DNA from: a virus | Taxonomy: Duplodnaviria; Caudoviricetes | IMG/VR virus record: IMGVR_UViG_3300035179_000011 | Location: 1-53,323 of that record | Strand: one strand, 5' to 3' | Length of the DNA stretch: 53,323 nucleotides | In this document: positions 1 through 8,906 of the stretch, piece by piece | Numbering within the stretch: position 1 is the first letter of the stretch | How the letters are laid out: each line of letters begins with the position of its first letter | Translations under genes and position numbers: made by a program | Notes under the pieces: generated by a model | Told to the model about the DNA's origin: nothing | Databases searched by the model: none | The model's input: the letters and a program-made list of their open reading frames with translations, nothing else

Positions 1-589
1 GTTGCTTCTCTCTGATTAGATGTAGGTGTTCATTTGTCATGGTTTTGCTTCCTTCAAAAATTGTTCTAACTTACGGTATTCTGTCCATACTTCATTAGGA
101 GCATTAGTTTGTTCCAAAACATCGCTTAAACGAATTAATTGTTTTTCAACGAGTTTGTTCATGGTTTCGCTTCCCTCTTTAGAAACTTGAGTCGATGATG
201 GCAATTGAAACATTTTCCAACGTAATCGTAACATTCACCATCTATGAATCGGCAATGAACAGAACTCATGGTGGTGTACCACCGTCGGCTGTATCTCTTA
301 GCCAAACTATGCGATCAAGGATTTTTTGTTTCAAACTCTTGCTCATGGCAGATAACATCCCTTTTTACAATCCATTTTTCTATTAACTATTCTAAGATGT
401 TCGCAGTCTCGACAATTGCAATTGTTTACGCAAGTCTGAATTCTCATTTCTTATTCCTCTCTTCCTTCCATTTGTGCCCGCAATTCATACATTCGTATTC
501 CATGCTTGCGTCCACATAATATGTGCCTTCGTAGTGTCCGTCTTTGCCTTCGCTGGCTTCAACGGCAAGTTCTCCGCATTTTGGACATT

Positions 590-847
590 TCATATTCTTT
601 CAACCTCAAGCAGATAGTTTTCCACTGTTTGAAACAGTTGCACTTCAGGAAAACACGCGCTTTCTATAAATATGACAATATTGTTTGTGTTGATGTCATA
701 GCCGATTTGCACTATGCGGGCATCGGTTGGCAACGGATTCTTGATTTTTAAGTGTACTTCCATTCCTAAAAAGAAAGCTTCAAAAAATTGTGCGTTTATC
801 TCGATGCGTTTTATTCGTCTTGAAAGATTGAGTTTTTGGTCTTTCAT
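590..847 (-). CDS. Hypothetical protein
   Basis: ORF 590..925; likely start MKDQK after GTGATAAAA; packed tightly with neighbours. Confidence 0.65.
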   Translation of the reverse strand: MKDQKLNLSRRIKRIEINAQFFEAFFLGMEVHLKIKNPLPTDARIVQIGYDINTNNIVIFIESACFPEVQLFQTVENYLLEVERI

Positions 848-852
848 TTTTA

Positions 853-1128
853 TCACTTTTCCTTTGGTTCGTAAAGTGGACAGTATTTCGTGCAGTTTAT
901 GTTGTTTCGGTTGAATTCTTCGCAATGGAAAATGTCTTGCGGATAGTCTTTCTGAAATATGGCGTGGTGGCAGTTTCTTGCTATTTTCAACATTTCACGT
1001 TTTTCTGTCATTTTTATTTGATCAAACCAAGGTAGACATTTGTTACAAAGTCGTTCATTTTTTCTCCGTAGAAAGGGTTTGCCACAATGTAGACAGATTC
1101 CTTCTTTTTTTAGTTCCACGATTTTCAC
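853..1128 (-). CDS. Cys-rich zinc-finger protein
   Basis: CLHC...CNKC plus further Cys/His; preceded by TATA box and GGTGA. Confidence 0.7.
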   Translation of the reverse strand: MKIVELKKEGICLHCGKPFLRRKNERLCNKCLPWFDQIKMTEKREMLKIARNCHHAIFQKDYPQDIFHCEEFNRNNINCTKYCPLYEPKEK

Positions 1129-1250
1129 CTATTACGATTATTACAATGACTAATTTATAAACTTTGTGCTTCTGCCATACTTTAAATATATAAAGGTTGT
1201 GGTTTAGACTAACTTTACAGTAATATTGAGAGGATATAAAGATTGTGGAA
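1128..1250 (-). promoter_or_regulatory. Three tandem TATA-type promoters with TAATAATCGTAAT box
   Basis: Minus strand reads CCACAATCTTTATATC, CCACAACCTTTATATA, GCACAAAGTTTATAAA about 40 bp apart. Confidence 0.6.
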
Positions 1251-1265
1251 AAATAGAAAAAAAGA

Positions 1266-1466
1266 TTAGTGGCTACAGTTTTTGCAAACGCATCTGCCAA
1301 CGAAATTCCAAGAACCATCGAAATTTATCTGCACATTTCCTACCAAAGTTTTGAATTTTGTTAATGGCTTCTCTTTTTCGCAAATATCACAAAGTTCAAC
1401 CTGTCTTTCGATGTCGTGTTTAGTTAATTCAATTATTAACTTTTTTGGACTATCAACCCAAACCAA
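1266..1466 (-). CDS. Small zinc-finger protein
   Basis: CDIC...CKNC; own TATA/ATTATTACTATTA promoter near 1505-1540; oligo-T tract after the stop. Confidence 0.65.
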   Translation of the reverse strand: MVWVDSPKKLIIELTKHDIERQVELCDICEKEKPLTKFKTLVGNVQINFDGSWNFVGRCVCKNCSH

Positions 1467-1566
1467 TCATATCACCGTTTGTTCTTTTATTCGTATTTTT
1501 GCAGTTTTAATAGTAATAATAGATGCATATAAAGTTTATGGCTGAAGAAAAGATAGAAAAAAGAGA

Positions 1567-2259
1567 TTATTGACACACAAGTTTGCAAAAGTTGAGCGAA
1601 GCTGGTACTCCATTGTCATTAAGTAGTTTTTGAAGATTTGTTTTTACTAATTCTCCTTTATCTGTTGTTGTTCTGCCAATGATTTCTCCGATTTTTGGCG
1701 GAGTATGTCCACGGCTTTTAACTTCTACAAAACTAGCTCCGATTTTATCAGCCATTGTTCGTCTGCTTATTGTGTAATTTATCGGTTTAGTTGTTAGTTC
1801 TATCTGAAGTTTTGAAGCAGGAATTATATATGCTTCTTTTTCATCGTCATAGTATTCTTTAATTGAGAAAGCGAATCCTCTACTAACTCCTAGCCTATGT
1901 TTTTTTTCTCCTTTTTTATTACTGATATAGATTTCCGCTCGTTCTGATACATCCATCGGTAAACCAAGTTTATCATTGAATAATTCTTTGTAGGATAAGG
2001 GTTTACTAAGTATTGCTGAAATAAAGCAAACCTTTTTTGGTTTTTCTGTTTGTAGTGTTTTTTCATCCCATTTCGGTGTTTTCACCCAGACATTGTAGTT
2101 GAATTTTGTACCGTCACTAAGTTCGTGTGTTTTGCATACTAAACCCTCATTTGTCAATCTTCTCATTATCGGGTAAAAATCGGTTGCTTTTGCTTCCTTG
2201 CCGAATACAATTCGAAAGTCAAAGAAATCGGTTCTACCATTTTTTTCTATTAAATACAT
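1567..2259 (-). CDS. Hypothetical protein (true start may be 2309, see findings)
   Basis: 230-aa ORF; the conserved promoter and RBS lead to an ATG at 2309 that is out of frame by one base. Confidence 0.7.
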   Translation of the reverse strand: MYLIEKNGRTDFFDFRIVFGKEAKATDFYPIMRRLTNEGLVCKTHELSDGTKFNYNVWVKTPKWDEKTLQTEKPKKVCFISAILSKPLSYKELFNDKLGLPMDVSERAEIYISNKKGEKKHRLGVSRGFAFSIKEYYDDEKEAYIIPASKLQIELTTKPINYTISRRTMADKIGASFVEVKSRGHTPPKIGEIIGRTTTDKGELVKTNLQKLLNDNGVPASLNFCKLVCQ

Positions 2260-2316
2260 GATGCCTTGTTCAAGAGATTCGAATTCTTCTTGCGTTTTTT
2301 ATCGGTCATTTTTATC

Positions 2317-2364
2317 ACGTTAATAATAGTAATAATCAAAAGTATATAAACGTTGTGTATGCAT
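2317..2364 (-). promoter_or_regulatory. Conserved 48-bp promoter/operator
   Basis: ATGCATACACAACGTTTATATACTTTTGATTATTACTATTATTAACGT, nearly identical to 26234-26280 on the plus strand. Confidence 0.8.
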
Positions 2365-2379
2365 CGGAAAGCTTTACAG

Positions 2380-2592
2380 TTATAAAGCGTTTTTCTTTAT
2401 CCAATCTTTAAGACATTTCCAACTGCAAAATTCCGACTCGCCAGCAGAACCTAACCCGCGAACGTCCATTTCAGAAACTCGTAACTGAATAACAAAGTAA
2501 TATGAACTAAATCTTAATCCTTTTTTTAAGAGTTGTTTGCGTTCCTTTTCTGAAATCGGCTCTATACTTTTTCCGCACTGTTCGCATTTCAT
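2380..2592 (-). CDS. Zinc-finger protein (CxxC...FCSxxC)
   Basis: MKCEQCG...EFCSWKC. Confidence 0.7.
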   Translation of the reverse strand: MKCEQCGKSIEPISEKERKQLLKKGLRFSSYYFVIQLRVSEMDVRGLGSAGESEFCSWKCLKDWIKKNAL

Positions 2593-2843
2593 TTTTGTTC
2601 ATCTTTAAACCGTCGAAACTGTTCTTCTGTGGCTTCTGTCTTTTCTCCCAAATTTTCGCCCGTTTTAACACGAATTTCCAAGCCCAAAAAATGAATAAAA
2701 TGCGTTGCTATTCCTAATGGATAGCCACAGATTGGACAGAAAAGAGGAAGATAATCAAATTTTTCAACGTAGATTTGACCTACATCGAAACTTATTAAGC
2801 TATCGCAACATTCACAATAAACTTTTACGTTGGCTACATTCAT
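2589..2843 (-). CDS. Zinc-ribbon protein
   Basis: CECC...CPICG; ATGA overlaps with neighbours. Confidence 0.7.
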   Translation of the reverse strand: MNVANVKVYCECCDSLISFDVGQIYVEKFDYLPLFCPICGYPLGIATHFIHFLGLEIRVKTGENLGEKTEATEEQFRRFKDEQK

Positions 2844-3070
2844 AGTAATCCTCCGTTGCTAGTTATATGCAATTTATGTTCGCATATATATTCGATATTA
2901 AAGCCAGAGTTTTTGAAAAGACTGATTATTTGATGAAGAAACCAAGTTTTTCCGCTTGCCACTTCTCCTTGTGCTATAATGGTTATATCGAATTTGTCAC
3001 CCAGTTTTTTCCAATGTCTTTTTAATTGTTCATCATTGTTAATCATTTTTTCTATCATAAGTTTTTTCAT
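2840..3070 (-). CDS. Small protein with an isolated Walker A motif
   Basis: IIAQGEVASGKT in a 76-aa ORF. Confidence 0.55.
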   Translation of the reverse strand: MKKLMIEKMINNDEQLKRHWKKLGDKFDITIIAQGEVASGKTWFLHQIISLFKNSGFNIEYICEHKLHITSNGGLL

Positions 3071-3134
3071 AAGTTTTCCCCTTTAACTGTTAGTAATCGT
3101 AATATAAAAACTATTCTGTCAAAAGCTCGTTCAA

Positions 3135-3359
3135 TTAGGCTTCATGTTTCTGGTTTCTGCTTATTGCACTAATTAACATGATTAAAGCGAGAAGGTCATT
3201 TTCGTTCTCGATTTTATCTGTTAGTTTTGGTTCTATGTTTGCAATTATCGTTTTCAACACTTCAATAAGGTCGTAATATCCACCAAATCCTATTTCGCCC
3301 AACAACTCATCAAGTTGTTCCCATTTTTCTTTTGATAATTTCATGGTTTTTGAACCCAA
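3135..3359 (-). CDS. Hypothetical protein
   Basis: ORF in the co-oriented gene train. Confidence 0.55.
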   Translation of the reverse strand: MGSKTMKLSKEKWEQLDELLGEIGFGGYYDLIEVLKTIIANIEPKLTDKIENENDLLALIMLISAISRNQKHEA

Positions 3360-4422
3360 ATAAAACCACTCTGTTTTCTTTCCTCTTCTCTAAGCATTGC
3401 TTGTTCAATTAAGTCTGCATATTTATCTTGCATTTTTTCTTCCGTGCATTTGTCGCAGTCATCACGGCAAATATCTCTAAGCGGACAGCCCATTACCAAT
3501 CACCATTCTTCGGAGCAAAAATCAGAATTAAGCCAATCACTAAAGTAATCAATGCTGGAAGTGCAACAAGGAATCCTACAATCCATTCAGACATATTACT
3601 TCAAACTCCTTTTATTTTCTTCAAATTCTAACGGTATTGGACATTGGTTACAATCTTCGTCGCACCAATAGTCTTTTCCAGAAGAATTGTAGGGACACTT
3701 TTTCACGCTCTTTTCTCACCTCTAACATCTTCCCAACCACATTTCGGACATGTAAATTTCTCGAAAAATTCATCATATTCTTTTATTACGTCTTCAGAAC
3801 CACATCTTGGGCATTTCATCAAGATTCCTCTAAAATTATTTGAATAAGACCTCTCAACAGCATTTGGTCTTGTCTTGGCAAATTCGGTAAATATTTCTCC
3901 TTTAACATTTCAACTATTTTTCTCGCTTTATCAAAGGCAATCCAAGAATGCGGCATAATTTTCTCCTCATTATTCCATTAATAATTCGTTCAAAATCACG
4001 TTTATTCTGCACTTTTGGCATTGGGCGTAGTCGTGGTGCAACGAACATCTGGCGCAGATGATTCTTGCAAGTTCTTTGAGTTTGGAGCTATTCATTTTTA
4101 TTCCTTGAGTTTTTCAATTGCTTCAGTAATCACTTTTATTCTGTATAAAATTTCCATCTGCCACTCATCGTTTATCGGTTTGTTTTGAACGATCCATACA
4201 ATATCTTCACAAGCACCTATTATAGACCGTTCGGCTTCTGCAAATTTTTCCTCGCACATATTAAACACTCCAATAAGCCAATTTTACTTCAATTATCAGA
4301 ATGTCGCGTTTTCCTTCTTTTTGCAGTCGATTTGTGGCTTGTTCTGGCGTTTCAGTGCCTAAACAAAAGTAATCCATCGAGTTATCGGAGTTTCTGAATA
4401 TAGCTATTTGTTGTTTACGCAT
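3341..4422 (-). other. Train of eight micro-ORFs (33-53 aa) below the ORF-track cutoff
   Basis: Hand translation: 4261-4422, 4098-4259, 3970-4095, 3819-3956, 3703-3819 (MKCPRCG...CPKCG) and three more, with abutting or overlapping stops and starts. Confidence 0.65.
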
Positions 4423-4660
4423 ACAAATCATCCATTACCTTGAAAACCCGCTGAATCCAATCCACGATTATTTCTCGGTTCGGCTCGCATTCCGTATCAA
4501 GTTCACTGATTAATTCACCAAGTTTCTGTATGAAATTGTGGAAACAGTTTGACTCGAAATCTTCGCAATATTCTTCTGGTGGCATCTGCCAGTCCCAGAA
4601 TGTCCACGCGTGTTTACATTCGTGTTCGCAGAATTGGCAGACGGAGTGGATTTTATTCAT
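4415..4660 (-). CDS. Cys-rich hypothetical protein
   Basis: CQFCEHEC...CEDF. Confidence 0.6.
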   Translation of the reverse strand: MNKIHSVCQFCEHECKHAWTFWDWQMPPEEYCEDFESNCFHNFIQKLGELISELDTECEPNREIIVDWIQRVFKVMDDLYA

Positions 4661-4862
4661 TTTTTATCTCCACTCTTCGCCGTGTAATCCGCCTTCTTGA
4701 TCCATGTAAATTCTGGAATGTTGTTCTTCTTTTGGTTTCTGTTCTATTTTTCCCACAATCCAACCTCTTTAAAATGTTCTTTCCACAAGCAATGAGAAAA
4801 ATCATGTTGGCATGGACATTTATTAAGAATAGGACAAGGTTTACATCTTTCATCTTTTTCGT

Positions 4863-5045
4863 TCATTTCAATTCCTCTATTGTTATTTTGACCTTTCCAT
4901 TCCATCGTTTTCTGGTGAAAATCGTGTTTACATGGATGCCCGTTTCAAAGTTGGTTTCATACAACAAGTTTCCGTCTTTGTCTTCTCCGTGAATATAATC
5001 TGAATTGTCGGCTTCGGCAATAATTTCTTCTTTCTTCTTATTCAC
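4863..5045 (-). CDS. Hypothetical protein
   Basis: GAGG RBS and TATAAATTAGTCGTTGTAATAGTAAT promoter directly upstream. Confidence 0.6.
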   Translation of the reverse strand: MNKKKEEIIAEADNSDYIHGEDKDGNLLYETNFETGIHVNTIFTRKRWNGKVKITIEELK

Positions 5046-5087
5046 GTTGATTCCTCTTTATTACTATTACAACGACTAATTTATAGT

Positions 5088-5282
5088 TTACTCACGTTGA
5101 TTCCTCGTTTTCGCCAATATTTCTTCAACTCGCTTTTCATCTTCGAGGCAATACTGAATCATTGCGGACAGCAACAGCCGCAGTTGAATGCTCTCGCGGA
5201 CGGCTAACATTTTGGCTTTGTGAAAGAGAGCGGACTCTATTTGTCCCTGCGAAAAAGATGTTTTTTTATTTTTCTTTTGCAT
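5088..5282 (-). CDS. Putative ribbon-helix-helix DNA-binding protein
   Basis: Short strand followed by two helices (IESALFHKAKMLA...LRLLLSAMIQYCL). Confidence 0.5.
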   Translation of the reverse strand: MQKKNKKTSFSQGQIESALFHKAKMLAVRESIQLRLLLSAMIQYCLEDEKRVEEILAKTRNQRE

Positions 5283-5604
5283 TTGGCTTTGCCTCTTGTT
5301 TTTCTTCGTTATCCGTCAAAATAGTCAAAACCCATTCTAAAGCTTCGATTTTAGCTCCGTAAGGTGTAGAAAAGAACCCCTCAGCTTGTTCAAATTGTTC
5401 TCGATAAAACTCAAGTTTTTCTTGGATTTGTTTTGCTACGTTATCTAACAAAATAAGAACATCAACAACCAATATTACGTCACTATTCGTATGAGCTATA
5501 AATCCGCTTGGAAAATGGCATTGGTTGACATTTCTGAAATCAACTAAGACATTGTAAAGCAACATAGCGTTATTGTTGATTTCTTCCTTCAGTTTGTTAG
5601 TCAT
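5266..5604 (-). CDS. Hypothetical protein
   Basis: Start MTNKLKEE overlaps the Cas4 stop. Confidence 0.6.
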   Translation of the reverse strand: MTNKLKEEINNNAMLLYNVLVDFRNVNQCHFPSGFIAHTNSDVILVVDVLILLDNVAKQIQEKLEFYREQFEQAEGFFSTPYGAKIEALEWVLTILTDNEEKQEAKPNAKEK

Positions 5605-6349
5605 CTTGATGTCCCCCTTGAAACGGGCACTTCGACTTATAGACATCTGGACATCTAAAACACTTGAATTTGCTCGGCGGGATCAGCGTGCTCGGATCGC
5701 GGAACTGTTTTAATATCCGCTCGATTTCCGTTTCGGTGCTTGTGGCATCATAATCTACAATGTCGTGTTTGCCGATTGGATCGCCTTTGCGTGTTAGATA
5801 GACGATTTCGCCGTGGCTTGTTTTGTAGCCACCGATTTTCAGTATCGGCTCAAAAATCCACATGTACACGCGGAGTTGAAATGATGCGGGAGCCAATTTG
5901 TAGTAGTCAATGACTTTCTGGGCACTCGTTTTGTATTCAATGAACGTTATGTCTCGTTCTGGACTCACGCGAAAATCGTCTACGCCGCTCGTCACCACAT
6001 GTCCAATCACGGTTTCGCCGTCGTACCACGCCCGCTGGAACACCATGTTTTCTTTCGTGTCCATGCCTGTTGAGCCTTCGCCGATGTCAATGGACTTTTC
6101 AACTTGAAACTTTGCTATGAAATCGTTGAACTCTTTTTCCCATGCGGATAAAGAACGTGCCTTGCTGATTTCGTCGTGGACTCGTTTTCCTATTTCCATG
6201 GCTTCATTGGATGGGGAACGGATGCCACTTGCTTGCAACCATGCTTGCACGGCGCAGTACCAATAATGCCCGAGAATACTCGCCCGTAGGTAACGGACTG
6301 TTTTGCCGTTTTGCCTTTGGAAGAACTTTGTCAAGTTTTCAAGCGGCAT
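5597..6349 (-). CDS. cas4: Cas4-like PD-(D/E)xK exonuclease
   Basis: N-terminal YWYC, GKRVH, VDD...IEYKT, QLRVY, and C-terminal CFRC...CPF completing a four-Cys Fe-S staple. Confidence 0.8.
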   Translation of the reverse strand: MPLENLTKFFQRQNGKTVRYLRASILGHYWYCAVQAWLQASGIRSPSNEAMEIGKRVHDEISKARSLSAWEKEFNDFIAKFQVEKSIDIGEGSTGMDTKENMVFQRAWYDGETVIGHVVTSGVDDFRVSPERDITFIEYKTSAQKVIDYYKLAPASFQLRVYMWIFEPILKIGGYKTSHGEIVYLTRKGDPIGKHDIVDYDATSTETEIERILKQFRDPSTLIPPSKFKCFRCPDVYKSKCPFQGGHQDD

Positions 6350-6362
6350 CTTTCATTCTCCT

Positions 6363-6854
6363 TTAACTCGCATCTTCGTACGGTATCACGCGGAACAAAT
6401 AGACTTGTTTGCCCTTGTATTTCTTTGAATCAACTGTGCCGTAATATGCAATGATGAATGTTTTGCCGACGATGTTGCCTTTTGTGCCGTATGCTTGAGC
6501 GTATGCTTCCATTTCGCTGGCTAGAACTGTAGTATTTTCCCAAATTGTGAATTTGGACGGCTTCACACTTGCAACTGTTGACTGCAACACTTCAGCGTCG
6601 AAACAGGTCATTGGTCGAGCCATTCTGTCGGTTTTAACGCTGTGACGTTCGGTTATGCACTTGACCAAAAATGTGGCAGGTTCTTCTTCTGAGCCTTCTA
6701 CTTTGCGCAAATCAAGTCGATCTAATTTCTCAAATTTTCGTTGTGTTTCCTCTGTGCGTTTGGCTACTGCTATCTCTTGGATGTCTTTCGCTTTACTAAT
6801 CCAATCGGGCTGTCCCGCGCTTGCCTTTTTTGCTAGTTCTAATATATTTTTCAT
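6363..6854 (-). CDS. Putative ssDNA-binding or annealing protein
   Basis: Beta-rich with an IAYYGTVDSKKYKGKQVYLFRV hairpin; directly upstream of Cas4; function inferred from context. Confidence 0.4.
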   Translation of the reverse strand: MKNILELAKKASAGQPDWISKAKDIQEIAVAKRTEETQRKFEKLDRLDLRKVEGSEEEPATFLVKCITERHSVKTDRMARPMTCFDAEVLQSTVASVKPSKFTIWENTTVLASEMEAYAQAYGTKGNIVGKTFIIAYYGTVDSKKYKGKQVYLFRVIPYEDAS

Positions 6855-6896
6855 TTCTTTACCTCCTATTATTTGATTCCCATGATTATAGCCCAT

Positions 6897-8642
6897 CTAT
6901 TTTACAAGTGGGCGAAGTTCCTGTTGTGAAGTCCACAACGGTGGTAAACTGTTAAGTTTCGACGTACAACTAATAGTCTGGAAAACGCGTTTGTTCTTCG
7001 AGTTCCAATCGTATTGACCCTTTAACGCTCGCATCTGCGTCGAATTTAAGCCAAATTGCAAACAAGTTACTGTGATAACGTTTGACGGTCGAACGATTGT
7101 GGTGAATGGAACCGTAAACGTGAATGTCGGAACTGGACTTTTCAAATTAGCCAGCACGCGTTGCCCTTCTTTCTGGGCAATTTCAAAGCTATCAAGAGCA
7201 GTATCTTGCAAGTGGAGTGGGTGCACACCGTAAGTATTAATGCTCGCGTCGTCTTTGACTGGCGGATTGTAGGTTGGAGCGTAACGCGCGAACGGGTCAA
7301 TCGGTTGTCCACCGACGAATTGTAATCCGTCCACGTCAAATCCCCATATTAAATTGCCACTGACAACGCCAGCCCCGATAGTGCAGTGAATCTTCAGTTT
7401 CTTCACGTGTTCCCAATCGAAAGCTTGGTTGCCCGCCCATCTGTCGCCATACTCATTTGAAGCGTAAATTGTCTGGTTTGTGCCGACGGGCAACGAGATT
7501 TGGGCGGGTTGTTCTTCATATAGAGGGTGATTCCAATAGAAATATTCAATTTGTCTGTCGGAATTGTCTGTTAGGTAAAACCAAAACTTGAAAGTGACAG
7601 GAATCGAACTCGAACCGAGAAATAAACCGCAAAGACTAAGATTAATTGAAGTGATTCGGTTTTTGCAGTCGATTGTTGTTGCTCCAGAACCAGTATTTGC
7701 ACTGGGATTGAGAATCAGCCAGAGTTTAGAATTCGTCGTAATATCAGGACATTCAATTCTAACGCAATAATCATTAGTGCCGTAGTCTGTGCCACCATAG
7801 GTGAAAAGTGTGTTGAGCACGTCTGCTATCCCATAACTTCCAGAAGTTGCTCCGCCACTCCAAATTTTCGGTGAATATTTGGCGTAAGCCCGTTCCGTCC
7901 ATCTGTCTGCATCGGCTGGTATTCCGCTGTCGTTTCCGCCGTGTACTAATATATAGTTGAACACGTCGTCCAAGCTTCCAGTTGACCAAGACGGCTCGCC
8001 CTTGAATGGGTGAGTGAATGTGGCGACACTAGGATCATAGGCGAACGGCTTAATGTAAACTGTTGGCGTGCTCGTGGCATCGTTGTATTCGAACCACCCG
8101 TCATATCCTATTTTGTCGCAAACAGTTCTCAAACCGTCCAAGAGCGATTGCCTTTCAAAAACGCACGAGCTATCAATGGAATTGTCGATGTTTCCGCCTG
8201 TTGGCGTGTTTATTTCGAATCCAGTGTCGTATCCGCTGTCTGGCGTGGTGAGAAAATCATTCATCATCGTCTCGTATGACCAAACAATGTCTGGAGATGT
8301 TGCCGATGCAAGAGCGTAGTAATCCGTTGTAATCGTGTCATCTGCAAGTCTTTGGGCGAGGTGGCGACAATCAAGTGTTAAAGACTGCTTGGATGTAGTA
8401 GCTGGCTCGCATGTGCCATTGATTTCCCATATTCTTCCGAGAAAAACGCGTGTACTATCGAGAAGCACTCTGATTTGTTTGTATTGGGCAGCTCGCAAAG
8501 TGGCAAGTGTTGCATAGTCGCTGTGGACGACAACTGTGGCACTTGGCACTTTAGATATGCCGAAATCTTCAACTCGAACCGTTCGCGTCACGCCAGTAAT
8601 GTCGATCCAACTGCCGTCGTAATACGCTATTTCAAGACTCAT
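6897..8642 (-). CDS. Tail tip / baseplate hub-like protein
   Basis: 581 aa at the distal end of the tail operon; WIDIT start, VFLGRI, LDGLRTVCDKIGYDGWF and SINTYG patterns typical of hub proteins. Confidence 0.7.
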   Translation of the reverse strand: MSLEIAYYDGSWIDITGVTRTVRVEDFGISKVPSATVVVHSDYATLATLRAAQYKQIRVLLDSTRVFLGRIWEINGTCEPATTSKQSLTLDCRHLAQRLADDTITTDYYALASATSPDIVWSYETMMNDFLTTPDSGYDTGFEINTPTGGNIDNSIDSSCVFERQSLLDGLRTVCDKIGYDGWFEYNDATSTPTVYIKPFAYDPSVATFTHPFKGEPSWSTGSLDDVFNYILVHGGNDSGIPADADRWTERAYAKYSPKIWSGGATSGSYGIADVLNTLFTYGGTDYGTNDYCVRIECPDITTNSKLWLILNPSANTGSGATTIDCKNRITSINLSLCGLFLGSSSIPVTFKFWFYLTDNSDRQIEYFYWNHPLYEEQPAQISLPVGTNQTIYASNEYGDRWAGNQAFDWEHVKKLKIHCTIGAGVVSGNLIWGFDVDGLQFVGGQPIDPFARYAPTYNPPVKDDASINTYGVHPLHLQDTALDSFEIAQKEGQRVLANLKSPVPTFTFTVPFTTIVRPSNVITVTCLQFGLNSTQMRALKGQYDWNSKNKRVFQTISCTSKLNSLPPLWTSQQELRPLVK

Positions 8643-8699
8643 GCGAACACAACCTTTTTAGGCAAGTTCTTATTACTATTATTAGAGAAGTGTTTGAGA

Positions 8700-8906
8700 A
8701 TGGAATTGAAAACTGTCAGTTTAATCTTTAAGTTTGATGTTGTGGCAATTTGTTCTTTACTAACTGTGTTTTTGGCTTGTGTTTTGAATAATGACATGGT
8801 TGGATTATATGGTTCAGATAGAATCGTAGCAACCTTTGAAGTTTTTCTTTTCGGAGTAATAGCAGGAATTTCTTTAATTTCTATGTATTGGGAAGTCAAA
8901 GACTAA
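8700..8906 (+). CDS. Small two-TM membrane protein, antisense within the tail operon
   Basis: 68 aa MELKTV...; two hydrophobic segments; preceded by ACACAACCTTTTTA and TTATTACTATTATTA. Confidence 0.65.
   Translation: MELKTVSLIFKFDVVAICSLLTVFLACVLNNDMVGLYGSDRIVATFEVFLFGVIAGISLISMYWEVKD

Larger units (their letters stand above)
1..1195. repeat. Direct repeat copy 1 (circular overlap)
   Basis: Matches 52014-53208 at offset 52013; the ORF track is duplicated; one difference seen (A60 vs G52073). Confidence 0.97.

Noticed and set aside
1-1195. Biological terminal direct repeat
   Set aside because: The repeat starts mid-gene and the second copy runs on into other sequence; assembly overlap of a circular or concatemeric genome is simpler
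5597-6349. Virus-encoded CRISPR system or mini-array near cas4
   Set aside because: No regularly spaced repeats seen; the ATTGAAAC hits (about 204, 36459, 36606) are isolated and the latter two belong to a protein repeat
8639-8899. Minus-strand 86-aa ORF as the real gene
   Set aside because: It is the shadow of the plus-strand TM ORF, which has the conserved promoter and an ATG start
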